Made by a program: the position numbers and the translations under genes
The notes under the pieces: model-generated
Database searches by the model: none
What the model was told of the DNA's origin: nothing
What the model saw: the letters and a program-made list of their open reading frames with translations, nothing else
Shown: piece by piece, positions 28,071-61,045 of the stretch
Layout of the letters: every line of letters begins with the position of its first letter
How positions within the stretch are numbered: the first letter of the stretch is position 1
Assembly (NCBI RefSeq): GCF_009914755.1
Contig: NC_060941.1
DNA length: 64,000 nt
Reading direction: 5' to 3' (one strand)
From: the human T2T-CHM13v2.0 reference genome, Homo sapiens

Positions 28071-28611
28071 TTAGTCTCACTTGCAGCCTGTCTTGGAAGG
28101 TCCTGATGCCTTGTATTAGCACAAGAGGAGATTCCTATCCACTGGGGAGGGCTGGATGTAGGCTGCTGGCAGGGAAGACACAGGACTTCACTGTACATGG
28201 TCAAATATCTTACTGGCCTTCTGTTTACTCCCTGGTTCCTTGGCTTGGGCCTGGAATGTGGTTAATTGGGCTTTAAACCCCCTTGCCTTCTTCCTCTGCC
28301 TTTTTGCTCTCAAGAGTAGCCCTGTGTCTGGTGTTTGTCACAGTGTCTCCATTTGAAGGCTTCCATGGGTTAAAGACCCATCTAACTTCCAGAATCACTG
28401 CCGAGAAGGTCCACAAGCTTAGGTTAGACTTGTTAGATCCTTAGTTCCTAATATCTTTGGGGCTAGACCTCTTTGATGAGTCTTTGCATACAATTCACTG
28501 GATAGCACTTCAAAGGTTTGTTGACTCCCTTAAGCCCATTGGTGGATTAAGACAGTGTCTAGGTAATGATTCGGATCCAGGTGGCCTTGGAGTAGGGACA
28601 ACTTGGCTTAG

Positions 28612-33635
<5,024 letters not shown>

Positions 33636-34329
33636 CTCTTTCCTGACTGTAAAAGTAAAGCATAATTGTTATTGTTAAAAATACAGATAATATGTGAAGA
33701 AAGTGAAAAATTACCTTTGATATTTTGAAGTGTATCCTTCAAGACTTTTTTCTATGCATATATAAATATATATGTACAAAAATGGAATCATACCTTTTAG
33801 TTCCTGTTTTCCATGTCAATAGATATATAGTGACATATTTCATGTTTTTATGAATATACCATGATTTATGTATTCTATTAGTGACACTGCAATTGTTTCC
33901 AAATTGTCACTATTGTAACAGTCCTCATCATCTTCTCTCCTTAGGACTAATTCCTCCTATAAGTAGAATTGGTGAGTCACAGAGCATGCACATTTAAACA
34001 CTTTAAAATACATTGTTTACCAATCTCACTGCCAGTAGGAACGTATGTAAAGGTTCCTTTCCCCTTGCTCTTGCCAATATAATTATCCTTCTTAATACTC
34101 GCAAAATAATCTGGAATTAATGATCAGAAAACAGACCTTCCATCTTGGAGGCGGATAAGTGGAAGGTTTATTCCTCCCCTTACAACAACAACAACGACAA
34201 CAATAACAACAAGACGTTTGCTGAACATGCTGGCATAGAGGACAAGTTAAAAAGTTTCTGGACTCAAAGGGTGCTCCTCCAAAGCTCCGGGCCTCCGGGC
34301 TACCCCTACTTGAAGCCGCTATGCCCCTC

Positions 34330-35010
34330 TCCTGTGCCCGAGGTGGCCGCTGGGTGGCAGGGGAGGCCCGGGCCGACGGCGGTCCCACCGCACTGTCGCG
34401 AAGGCAGGCGAAGAACAGGGCCACACTGAGTGGGGACAACTGGGCCCGGGCCCAGAGGACACGAAGGAAGGTCCGGGAGAAGGAATTCCTAGTTTCAGGG
34501 AAGAAAAGGTGGCTCGAGTGAGGAAACTGCGGGGGCAACGGTCTCTCGTCGCCGGGACCCCGCCGTGTGCCGCCCAGGGACGCGAGGGGGCGCTGCTGCC
34601 GCGCCAGGGGCGAGGGTCCCGGGGCCTCCTGAGCACCTCCCGGCCCTGCCCGGCCAACTCAGACTACACCCGGACTCTGCCCACCGCGTTTCCGCCCTCG
34701 GCCTCGGGTCCCTGGAGGGCTCGCGGGTAGGAAGAGTCGGGGTGGCGGGACTTTCGCCGACACCCGGCTCCCCGCCTGGTGGCTGCGCACACGAGGCCGG
34801 CGACGGGACTTGCCCGCGTCTCAGCGCCTCCTGTGTGAAGCGGGACCGCTGCGGTACCTGCCCCAGGGAAGGCCGCGGGGAGGGTTACAGAGCCCGTAGG
34901 CACTGGCGGGGATCTTTATACACCCCCAAAACACACACATCCCACCCAGTACCCAGCACCCAGCACCCAGCACGGAGGGCTTATTATTAACAACTTCCTG
35001 GAGGCCGCAG
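34330..35010. promoter_or_regulatory. CpG island upstream of CHCT1
   Basis: High GC and CpG density in non-repetitive sequence. Confidence 0.85.
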
Positions 35011-35182
35011 GGGCAGTGCTGGCTCACTGTGTCCCTTCTCCCTTTCAGCTCTCCCTAGACCTCTGTCCCAAATCAGAAAAGAATTTTACAAACTGTGCTT
35101 TCCTCTCGGGGAGCCCCCACCACGGCGTAACCCAGCAGGCAGGAATGGCACACGTGCAGGAAAATGAGTTCAACAGCCTTAC

Positions 35183-35288
35183 CAGGTGGTGTCAGGATCA
35201 GCATCTGACAGTATTCTTGGGAGAAGGGGCGCCAGCCTCTCCTGGCCTGCTGTGCGCTCTGCCAAAGTCTTCGCTCGACCCCGCACAT
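35183..35288 (-). CDS. USP32: Putative distal alternative first coding exon of USP32 (MCGVERRLWQSAQQARRGWRPFSQEYCQMLILTPP + 1 nt)
   Basis: ATG at 35288 (aagATG, A at -3), strong donor CTG|gtaagg at 35182; 106 nt gives phase 1, the same as canonical exon 1 (58 nt); splicing to exon 2 is inferred. Confidence 0.6.
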
Positions 35289-35529
35289 CTTGCTCCGTTC
35301 CCTAGTCCAGATCCCAGCTGGAGGGGCCAGCTGCAGCCACCCCTAAGAATGAGGAAATGGGAGCGGGGTGGGGGGCTGGGTTCTGTGTTGGCGGTTGCCG
35401 TGGCTTTGCTCCGAGTTCTGGAGCCAAACCGCCCACTCCCTGAGACGGCTAGGTCACAGAAGCAGTGGGTCAGAAGCCAGAGGGGACGTGGGGAGTGCCA
35501 CCCTGGAGCCTACCGGCACACCTGCTGAG

Positions 35530-35580
35530 ATGGAGGCCTCAGATGGGCAAGGGGGTGAAGGGGACAAGCCACTAGAGCAG
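35530..35580 (+). CDS. CHCT1: CHCT1 (C17orf64) coding exon 1, MEASDGQGGEGDKPLEQ
   Basis: gagATGG Kozak context; 51 nt; donor CAG|gtgaag. Confidence 0.9.
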
Positions 35581-36109
35581 GTGAAGTGGGGTGTGAGGGA
35601 GGGAGGGAAGGAGGGTCCCGGAGGGGCTGGTTTTGGAAAGTAGAGAACATGAAATTCAGGAAAGAAGAGAAGAACAATGATAGGGTACCTGAGATAGCAA
35701 GAGGCCTAAAGCACAAGAACTTTCATTCATTCAGAAGTTTATGCATGACCTGTGTTCCTGGCGAGATGATGGGGAAGAGGTCGCCTCTCATTGTTGGTTA
35801 TGAAGACTTGAGAGTATGTGTATGTATACACATGGTCTGTGTGTGGTTGTGTGGTGTGTGTGCTGTGTTGGAGGAGTTGATCAGCCAGAGTCCTGTCTCT
35901 AGGACCTGGAGGAGCCTGTGTCCCATCTCCTCTCCATGCACCTCCCTCCCCCTGGCCTTTCCCTTCAGAGTGGTCTGGACGGGATCTTCCTTGTTCTCCC
36001 CGAACACAGACTAGAATTCATACTTTTCTGAGAAGCTTTTGAAAGGTGAGGGGCAAATCCAGTTCTGACTTCTAGTGTTATTTCACAGTCACTTTGTTGC
36101 CACTTATTT

Positions 36110-36702
<593 letters not shown>

Positions 36703-36796
36703 TAATTTTCAGCTTTCTTTGCCCCACTTTTGTGGTCAAAGGTTCTTTCTCATCATCACCATCATCCACTTTTTCTGAATAGTCATTAGATGCATG

Positions 36797-37208
36797 GTTT
36801 ATTAGTCCATTTTGCATTCCTATAAAGGAATACTTGAGGCTAGGCAATTTATAAAGAAAAGAGGTTTATTTGGCTCACAGTCCTGCAGGCTGTACACGAA
36901 GCATCTGCTTCTGGTGAGGGCCTCAGGAAGCTTACAAGCATGACAGAAGATGAAGAGGGAGCAAGCTTGTCACATGGTGAGAGAGCAAGCAAGAGAGAGA
37001 GGAGGGCGTGTCAGGCTCTTGTTACCAACCAGCTCTCACATGAACTGACAGAGTGAGAACTCACTTAATTGGGGCAGGGAGGGCACCAAGCCCATTCATG
37101 AAGGATCCACCCCCATGACCCAAACACCTCCCATCAGACCCTGCCTCCAACATTGGGGATCACGTTTCAACATGAGATTTAGAGGGGACACACATTCAAA
37201 CCATATCA
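36797..37208 (-). mobile_element. MST-type MaLR solo LTR
   Basis: attagtccattttgcattcctataaaggaatac ... catgagatttagaggggaca ... caaaccatatca. Confidence 0.8.
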
Positions 37209-37375
37209 CATGACGATGCTAGAGGCTAGGGATGCAAAGAAATGGGCCCAGTCTGATGCAGTCAGTAAACATTTGCCAAGTGAGTGAGTAAATGAATCCC
37301 TGTTCATTCCCCCAAGGAGCTGCTTAAATCTTTTGATGCCTCATTGTTCTCATCTGTAACTAGGGTTAATGATAT

Positions 37376-38412
<1,037 letters not shown>

Positions 38413-38719
38413 AACATCTAACCTGACAGAATTTGCGGGAAGATAAAATGAGCTAATGTTTACCAAGTGCTTTGCAGTTACCTAGTAGAATATGCTGTGA
38501 TTATTATAAAAGAAAGAGGTGGAATATTCTAGGTTTTCTAAGCAGAGATTTTCAGAGATGGGTTTCTTTGCCCAAGGCTCACTCACATCCATGCTGGGTC
38601 AAGAAGGTCTGAGGGCAATGGAGAAGGGCTTTGGCTGCCATTTGGGTCAGTCCCTGCCAGCACTGCCCCCAGGAGTAACGGTCCAATCCCCCGGCTTAGT
38701 GCCCCCTGCCTCCTCCTAG

Positions 38720-38938
<219 letters not shown>

Positions 38939-38941
38939 TAA

Positions 38942-39274
<333 letters not shown>

Positions 39275-39637
39275 TAGGGCAGTCTCTTTGCTCTGCTCCC
39301 CATACCTACTCCTGGGCAACCCCCTCTTCATTCAAGGGGACACCTTAGTCAATCCCCCAGTCCTTCATCTTTATGTGGAGGAGTCAAGAGCCTGAGGGGA
39401 TGGAGAGAGCTCCTAGTCACTCAGGACAGCCCTGACTGCACCTTGTCTCTGACTGAACAACTGCGTGCAGGCGCTCAATACCAGGATAGGATATTCAAGT
39501 TTGGGCAAATCCCCACCCCTCCATTCCCCCAACCCCAAACCCCAAAGGGGCATGTGGCCCATATTCCCCTGGGTGGGTCCTGACCCTGAGACAAATGCTG
39601 GAGGGAGGAAGCGCTGTGCTCCACCTCCCCAGCCTAG

Positions 39638-39808
<171 letters not shown>

Positions 39809-39984
39809 TAGACTTGCGGGGAGGCCTGGGATTGACACACCCAGAGCCCCTCTGGTCCTTCCCAGGGCTCACTGCCAGGGCAAGACTCTGCTGCTTGACC
39901 TTTACCCCTGCCCTGGGCAGAGTGGGCTGAAGAGGCCGAGGCTCAGCATCAAGTTCTCCATATATATTTGATGCACGGGCAAGC

Positions 39985-40514
<530 letters not shown>

Positions 40515-41422
40515 TAATTTTTGTATTTTTAGTAGAAACGAGGTTTCACTATGTTGGCCAGGCTGGTCTCGAACTCCTGACCTCAGGTGATCTGCCCGCC
40601 TCAGCTCCCAAAGCATTGGGATTACAGGAGTGAGCCATCGCGCCCAGCCTACCACTCTTCATGTTGTATGGGCTATAGGTTTTGCCAAAGGTATGATGAC
40701 ATGTATCTACCATTACAGTATGATATGGAAGAGTGCCATGGTCCTAAAAACCCCCTGTGCTCCATCTATTTGTCCCTGCCTTCCTGCCCCCACTCCCCTG
40801 GCGACCACTGATCTTAGGTTCACTGTCTCTTAGTTTTGCTGTCTCGGAATGTCATATCGTCGGGATCATACAATATGTAGCCTTTTCAGATTCGTATCAG
40901 TGAAATTTTCATACTAGGTTTCATTAGAATCCATTGGTTTCAGGGGCTCCATGAGGTCAAAATATTACAGGGACTCCTGGGGGTTTGCAGAGCACACTTT
41001 GAGAACCACTGGTCTGGAATAATAATCATAGATAAAGCAGATGTAAAAGCATTCTATGTGCCAGGTACTTTATATTCCTTCAAGTAATATTCAAAAGTAA
41101 CCCTAAGTGGTAATTAGGTTTATTGTCTGCAGTGTGTAAATGAAGATCCCAAATACAGGGAAGTAAGGTAATTTGTCGCAGTCTTTATAGCAAGTAGGAA
41201 GGAAGAGGAAGGGTTCAGCCTCCATCTGGCTGGGATGAGAGCCGTGCTCTAACTGCGCCCTCCTGCACTCTCGCCGTGCAGCCCTAACCAAGTCCTCTCC
41301 CTCTCTGCATCTGTTTCTTCCTCTGAACATGTAACGATTGGAGAACTTCAATGATTTCTCTTCTGAATAAGAGGAGCTGCCACTTTACTGATTTCTAGAT
41401 TTCTGGATTTCATTGGCCTGAA

Positions 41423-43710
<2,288 letters not shown>

Positions 43711-43994
43711 TAAAGTCAGTTCTTAATTAAAACTTGGCAATGGGGTTTGCAAACAGTACTGGGAATTGGGTCATGAGGCCTAGGAGAGGAGTAAGGAAGA
43801 ATCAGAGGTTGGAGCCAGAGGTCGAGGAAACTCGGGTCTTGCCCTGACTCTTCCCCTAACTTGCTGTAAGACTTTGGGCAGGTCATTGCTTTACCCTGGA
43901 CCTGGGTGACAGTCCTCATCTGTAAATTGGGGACAATGCCATCTCTCTACTGGGTTTCTGTGAGAAAAAACTAAGTGATATAGGTGGGAAGTAA

Positions 43995-44195
<201 letters not shown>

Positions 44196-44309
44196 GAAGA
44201 CCAACTGGGACAAAGGGCCCGCTTGTCCTGGCTCTCAGAGCACGGGGAATGGAGACCAAAAAGGGAAAAGAATTGTCCTTATCAAAAAGATTCTCAGGTC
44301 TTAATTAGG

Positions 44310-44331
44310 AATAAATGAGGTGGGAAATAAA
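44310..44331 (+). terminator. CHCT1: Tandem AATAAA polyadenylation signals of CHCT1
   Basis: AATAAA at 44310-44315 and 44326-44331, about 115-135 nt after the stop. Confidence 0.8.
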
Positions 44332-44957
44332 CATTCTTATGACAGTTCTACCTTACTTGACCAACAGTCATCATTCGTACATTTTAAATTTGTTTAAAAG
44401 ATATTTGCCAGCCACCTTCTAAGTGGCAGGTGCCCCACATATGCACAGATGAATAAGATGTGGTCACTTTGTCAAGGACCATCACAGTCTAGTGGAGCAG
44501 ACAGACATAGAAAAGACACGACAGCAGGGTAAATACAGGTGACTGGGGCAGGCCTCCGGGGAGTTAACAAAGGAGCTGGGTGTTTGCCAGTGGAGCACAC
44601 AGGTGGGGAGGGAGGGAGCCTGGGGTCAGAGAATGGCAAGCCTGGCAGCCCGCCTGCATTGTCTGGACTTCATTTTGTGGGTAGCTTGGGATGGGCAGTG
44701 GTAAGGGAAGTGTCAAGTAGTGGAATGAATGGGTGTCACTACGGTATTGGGGAGATGCTCTGGTGACTGTGAGCAAAGTGCATGGAAGTGAGCGAGGCTA
44801 GAGGCAGGAGACCAAAGAGGAAACAACACCGATGGTCTTAGCTAACATGGTGGCTCGAGCCATCAGTCACAAATCCACAGCCTGCACACTAAAGTAAGGC
44901 TACTGATGTGTTTTGTTTGTCCTGGGTCATGTTCTACTTGTTGTTTAAAACACTTTA

Positions 44958-45158
44958 AGTCCGGGCATGGTGCCTCATGCCTGTAATCCCAGCACTCTGG
45001 GAGGCTGAGGTGGAGGTTTGTTTGAGCTCAGGAGTTCCAGACTAGCCAGGGCGATATGGGAAAACCCCATCTCTACAAAAAAATTAGCTGTTCATAGTGA
45101 CGCACACCTGTAGTCCCAGCTATTTGGGAGGCTAAGGTGGGAGAATCGCTTGAGCCCA
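44958..45158 (+). mobile_element. Old Alu broken off in its right arm at the THE1 LTR
   Basis: Alu consensus ends abruptly at gcttgagccca, where the LTR terminus begins. Confidence 0.8.
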
Positions 45159-48484
<3,326 letters not shown>

Positions 48485-48923
48485 TTATCATTTCCAGGAG
48501 GGTAAGTAGGTCCAAACATTCCCCAAAAACACAAATGACATATTTTCCAGGGCTCTGCCTGAGGCAGCAGCATATAGGGTGCAGGGCTGCCCTGGAGCAG
48601 GAGAGGCCAGGGCAGATGTGTGTGACTCTTCTCCCTCCCTCCCTCGATTTGTGTTCAGAAGTAAGTATCGTCATAGACTGACAAGGCTAAAATGAATATC
48701 AATCTAGTCTCGAAGAAGGAGTTCAGGGAAGCATGAATGGGGGAAGCGGGGAGGAAGCGCCATTTCTTTCCTCCTTAGAGTCATCGCCTCCTGGAAGTGG
48801 CAAGATGAGACGGCCAAGGCATAGGCCTGGGGCCAGCCTGGCTTGGCTAGACCCTGACAGTTTTGTCAAAGCAGGGAGGATTTCAGAGAGAAGGGAAGCC
48901 GGGCTGGAGGGTGTCCATGATGA

Positions 48924-52545
<3,622 letters not shown>

Positions 52546-52895
52546 CCTGTCTAAAAACAAAACAGAAACACGCACCTCATAGCTAAGTGAAACAGGAGGC
52601 AACATCTGGGTCATTCTTAGCTCATAGAGAGAAATAATCAGTCATTACGTAACAGGAAAGAAAAATACTCAAACTATTTAAAGAGCAGCAGGAATGAAAA
52701 AGCCTGATTCTGTACTTGGAAAGAATTTAAATGCAAATCAACTTTCACTTGTTACACAAAAGTTCTAATTCAAAAATAAATTACACTAGAGGTTTTTCAA
52801 GGCACTTTCTGGAAGTGATCATTCACAGATTTTTTTCAAACTTATGCATCATATTTAACTGCTTGTGCAAAGTGAAGTCTGATTTTTAAAAATTA

Positions 52896-55110
<2,215 letters not shown>

Positions 55111-56103
55111 CATTTGTCTATAGAAATGTGCGCTTAAAGTAACTGAGTGTGGTTTGCTAACACACTCAGGACAGTATCTGTCACAGGATAAACTCTATGT
55201 TGAATACACAGATCAGCAAAGTTTACAAGTTGGAAAGAGTCTTAACACTGTAAGTTATATGGCCATATGGTAATTGCTTTCACAAAGCTCTAAAATGCTG
55301 CATTAATACCAAGTGGCAACTCAAACTTTAAGGGAAGGGTTCCCTTGATCTTTGAGCTTGACAGATGAGCAACACTATCCAGGAAATGGCATTCCACAAG
55401 GACGACGAAATCGCATGTTCAGAGGTTCAGTCATGGAGATGTAAAAAGAAACATTTTTAAATTCAGTATCACTGAAGGTGGCAGGCAGTGAAGCTGGTGC
55501 TGACTATATTCCAAGTGATGGTGGGATTTTGTCTACAATATTTTCTTCCTAATCTTTAAAAATATGGCTTCGTTTCCTACAACTGGTTTCTGAGTCCTTC
55601 AGATTTATGCTGTTTCATGGTGAAGTTTTTTAAAGACCTGATTTTACCCCCTTATTCATGTGAGGAAATAAAACACAAAGAGGGCTGGAATGACGTAACT
55701 CAGAATCTTCCAGTTCAGAGACAGCTGGAACTGAAACTCCAATCTAGGCTTTTCTTCACTATTCCAGCAGAACTTTACCAGGTCTCATCATTCATCTTCA
55801 GCCTTTAGAGTGAGAGGATTCTTAAAAGAATGGTATACTTTTGTAAAGACTAAAAAATCCCTTTGCATTAATGCAGTGCTTTGTCTTTTTCCAAGTGCTT
55901 TTCATCAGCACAATCTCCAGATGTTACCATGCGCCTCCTCTGCCACACATCTTAATTTTCTTGAACAAGAGCACTTTTGTTCTAGTTCCAACAGTTTCTC
56001 TCACACTGTTCTCTAATAAAAACAGTCTGCAAAGCTTAATCCCAACCAAAAGCAATCAAAACCAAATTGGAAACAGATACACTATGAATGCAGGAACACT
56101 ATA

Positions 56104-56109
56104 TTTATT
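56104..56109 (-). terminator. APPBP2: Distal polyadenylation signal of APPBP2
   Basis: AATAAA on the minus strand followed by U/GU-rich downstream sequence (ttttgatttgatt-like, ~56045-56066). Confidence 0.7.
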
Positions 56110-56889
56110 AGGTCAATAATTCATTTTTAGCAATACAAGTACAGAATATATCACAATGCTGGTTACAAACATACTTAGTATGGTTTAATAGTTACAAATA
56201 ACGGTGGGCACTACAAGTTGGTGAGAATGATATGAAAGGTCATCCTGACACAATGAAGAACCGTCTTCAAAAATCTATTTAATGACCTTAGATATTTCTA
56301 TAGAAATTATTGTGGCACTATTAGTGGGGATTTTCACGTAAAGATTGTTAGTGTTTTGTTTTTAACTGTTCCATTAAGAACTTTTTATTTTGAGCCTATT
56401 AAACTAAAATCCCCTGTTGCTTAATAAAGTATAAAAATAGTACTGACCTGGTAATATTTAATAAAACGTAGCATTCATTCACATCATAAAAGTAGAACTG
56501 AAAAGTTTTAGTTACCATGGCAAAATATCTTCCCATAAAAGGAATATACAGAAATGAGTAATGTTACACAAACGGTACCTGCAATGGTTATTTAGTGATC
56601 CAACACTTAACTGTGCACCACAAACCAAGTTTTCTAGATATCTATATATAGGATATATTTTTAATCTTAAATTTTACTCTTGAAAAACATGTGCACTTCA
56701 ACAAACTCACTAAGGCCACTCATGCTATAGATACCTAGGATTGCAATTAAAGAATAGTATTATGCAATAAATCCTAAAGCACACTCCTTCTGATTATCAA
56801 CAGGGTAAAACCAGTTTTCTGCCTAAAACATTCCTGAGATTTATGGACAAAAGAAGTACTGTTGAAGCTGGAGATTAATCCAAATGTCA

Positions 56890-57087
<198 letters not shown>

Positions 57088-60000
57088 CTAAGTTCCTCCA
57101 CAGCCAAGAGGTGAAGTACACATCCACTTCTAAAGCAAAGATAAAACCCCAAAAACTTTGTACTTATAGTGTTTTTCCAGTAGTAACTTTGCCACCCAGA
57201 AGAAAAGCAAGCAGCAAGGCTACAAATTCTAGGGAAAACATAAAAAGTGGCAGTTAATGATACCTGTTATGAGCAAATCATTATTTCTATGTATAAAGTT
57301 TCAGCCAAAGGCTTCAATCATGTTTTGGCATGTGTTCACTGCAGTTTTCTGTCTGCACTATTAAGGAGCAGCCAAATGGCACCTTCATTATTTCTAAGAT
57401 CGCAGCCTCTGTACTTAATTTTCATAAAATTATAAACTTTTCCCAACAGGCTAGGAACAAAGGTCTTTCTCAAATTATTTTCACAAGTGAAAAAATACCT
57501 GGGCAGGGGTTACTACAAAGCAATAGTGAGCCAATTTTTAACCAAGCAGAGACAGAGATTTGATGGTAGTAAGGGTCTCAATCCCTTTGGCAAAGTCAGC
57601 TTTGAGGATCCATAAAGATTATGCTCTAAAAATTCCAATTGACTCTATTAAATGGAATGCAGGCATGAGTGGCCACCTGAGCGACACATGCGAGTGCTGA
57701 CGGAGCTCCCTGATGCACCCAACTGGAGTAGCACCGAACTTTAGGAAAAGACTGGGTAGAAGAGTCAGAGAAGGATGAGACCAAAGGCCCCTAATTTAAC
57801 ATAACTTTGCTGAACCTCCAGAAAAATCTTTAAGTTGGCCAGGGCTTCCTTACGCACCTCACCATATGTAAAAAGTTTGCGCAAGTTAACTTATTGTGAG
57901 ATAAATTTTATTATTTTCTTCAAGATTTTTAAGAAACCCAATAAATCATAGTGGCACACATCTAACTTATCCTAAACATCCCTACTTAAAGGATGAATCT
58001 TACACTTAAAGTCATAGGGTATTATTCTTCATTAGAACCAGAAATAATAGCACATTAAGTCATATCCCTAACCAAAATGGCAATGTTTTCTTAAGCTAGA
58101 GTGTATGCATTAAAGTATATGGATTTACAAAAAAACTACATTAAAGCAGTGGTGATAAGGAGAAACTGCCAATAATGATGTTTCAAAAAAACACAACTGG
58201 CTGCCAATTGACATTATCACCCTGTGATCCTAGGCTTCTACATACCATGTTGTTTTATCACTGAGTGTGAGCTAAGTTGAGTTCAAATGGAGTTAGGGAG
58301 GATGAGGCTGTAAGTCATTTGTTTATTTTTATCCTAGGAAATGCTGTATGTGCACAAAACCAAAAAATACAGATTGAAAAAAAAACTTCATATGGAAACA
58401 TGTTTCAAAATATTTATTGAAAAACAATTTACCATGACATTCCTATACCACAAACATACCACTGGATTCTAAATAACCAATAAAAGTATACAAAGCCTAT
58501 CCTGAAAATATCTTTGGAGGTATTAAATATATAGGCCCATGAGGATAGAGCTGAGTAACTTAAAAATGTTAGTCCTTGGTCACAAAGACTATTTGGTAAT
58601 TAATAAAGAAGTGCCTCTTGACATTAGACTGCAATTAACTGAGGGGTGGGGGGCAGCTTCATAAACTGCAAGTACGTCAATTTACTCTTTCCAAAATTTA
58701 AAAAGAAAATAATTCGATTTGAGGAGTAAACTCAGGTTTCTAAATCACACAGTTACCATCTTAGGGTGTGGGTTTGCTTCATCTCTTTCAGTACATCCCC
58801 CAACCAACCCCCTCCTAGGGAACTTAAATGCAATGGCTCAAAACTAATAGGACTGCAAATAACAGCTTCAAACAAGGTTGGGAAGTTCAAAAAAGTGCTT
58901 AAAATATTAATAAAATTTGAAATCTACAACTTTTCTGTACTCAATGTGGCAGACAGCTTAGATTTTTTTCCCCTCTCACCCAACATGCATGTTAAAAGAA
59001 AACTAAAATTCAACACACATCCATTCACCCACAGACTACTCCAAGCATTAGCTAGGAGCAACATCTTTAACAGCCAAGTCATGAACCCCTGAAAATAGGG
59101 GGGGAACCCAGATTCTTAACTATAGAAGCATCAGATGGGCTACTACAGTAAGAATTGAGGTAACAGCAAAATACCTTTTTGTTTCTTGAATTGCTACATG
59201 TCACAAATTCTTAAATTTGATTATTACCTCATCATTAAATAACCTGACTGGCTTACAAAAAATCAAATCAAAACCCAATAAACAGAAAGACAAGTTAGTG
59301 AAATAGGTGTATTATTAGGGGATCTTTCCATTTGACTCCTAGATTTCAAATGAAATGACCTAGTTGTATTACTATTTACCATAAAAATGGAGGATTTTCT
59401 AAGACTTATTTTTGGGCATTCATTTTCATTAATCTCCATAAACCATACAGTAACCTAACATTTCCATCTGAACATGAACTATTTCATGACACACAGCCAA
59501 TATACTTGTTAACTGCATTGATTATTAGGGCAACATTTAAAATGAGGGGGATGGCTGCAGCCGATATTTATAGACTTGCTTATGGCACTGCCATCTGTGT
59601 ACCTTGACTAAAAATATGCCATTGAAATTGCCAAACTTCCCTAATTTGGTATCTATTACATAATTTTTGCATTATCCTTTTTCATTATACATCTAAATGA
59701 AATCATTCTACTGATAAAAGTATATGTAGGATCTAAAATAATAATCTAAAGCCTCTGGTCCAAATAACCACCTTCTACATTAGGCTGGTCCTTTTTAGAT
59801 CCTCCTGGTCCTGTTAGCAAATGCTATCAGAGCATCTTGCATTGTTGTACCAAAAAAAAAAAAGTCAGAAGTGCTGGTCTATCAGATTTTCTATTACATT
59901 ACAGATCAACACTGGTCCAGTTCAGATGAATCTGACAGTCCTTTCCTTGTAATATAGAGTGGTTGTATCCACTTATCTGGGCAAGGTAGAAAAACGTAAG

Positions 60001-60511
60001 TCGGGATGTCCCTCTTTTATTAGTACTTGTGTTAACTTTTCTATACTGCATATAAAGATTTTCCGCATAAAATTTCTTTACACTACAGTATTGAATACCT
60101 CCACATGGAAGAATTACATATTAAAAAGTTGTTAAAATCATCCTTACATAATAAGAATGCAACTCTTTTAAACTCTTAAATAGTTTTATTTAGGGGTATT
60201 TTTTTTCTTTCAGGCTTTCTGCAAAATGAATTTTTTAAAAACAACAAAAAAAAGATTTCCTGTTGTTTGTTCTACTAGGTTGAAAATGTGGGCCAGACTA
60301 CTTACACATGCGGTACATGCTGAATATAACTGAATATATGCTTATTCCTACAGACATTCTGCAAGATAGGGATCACCCAAAATAGGGTCTTCAATGGACT
60401 GGACCAGTGTTTCAATGCAAATTCCAGCCCCCCAAAACAACATGGTTTTGATTTCACAGTATGAATTCCCTGGAATCCGGGAAAAGGTAATTGGTTAACT
60501 GAGGTCCTCCC

Positions 60512-60765
60512 TCAGCAGCTCGGTCCCTCGACATTCTGAGAAATCAGGAAGGACTGCACCACTTCTTCAGTGGACTGGGGGCTGGTGCTGACATCTTCAA
60601 GAGCATCTGTCACTGAATATTGCCGATCTCGCAACCGGTTCCAGTTAGACAGAACATTGTGATATTCAAACACTTTCTCGTAATTTCCAATGGAGTTGTA
60701 AAGTTTAATGAGACCTCGATAATCATATTCTAGTCCACTGTAGCCCTCACCAAAAAGTTTCTTCC
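60512..60765 (-). CDS. APPBP2: APPBP2 (amyloid precursor protein binding protein 2 / PAT1, CRL2 substrate receptor) last coding exon
   Basis: Pyrimidine tract and ttacag| acceptor; GKKLFGEGYSGLEYDYRGLIKLYNSIGNYEKVFEYHNVL...QNVEGPSC* matches the APPBP2 C-terminus. Confidence 0.94.
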
Positions 60766-61045
60766 CTGTAACAAAAAAGAAAAAGGAAAAAAAAAAAAGC
60801 ACAAATAATGAGATAACAAGCAATTTCTATAACATGAACACAAGTTCAATTCTTTAAACAGGGTGGCTTAGGTTTATTCCCCTGAAAGGAATAGATATAA
60901 TTCTTGTATCAGCATCCCCTAAATCAGTCCCAACCATGAGCTATCACTAAGACTTAAAAAAAATTTTCTCGTCTAAAGAAGTTGGCCTCATTAGAATAGA
61001 ATTATAAAAATTCATGGTTTGAAAGAACTGTTTAAAGAGATCTCA

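Noticed and set aside
34092-35528. Overlapping ORFs up to 170 aa, including a poly-Asn stretch from a (CAA)n tract at ~34182-34212
   Set aside because: CpG-island and microsatellite artefacts with no recognisable domain
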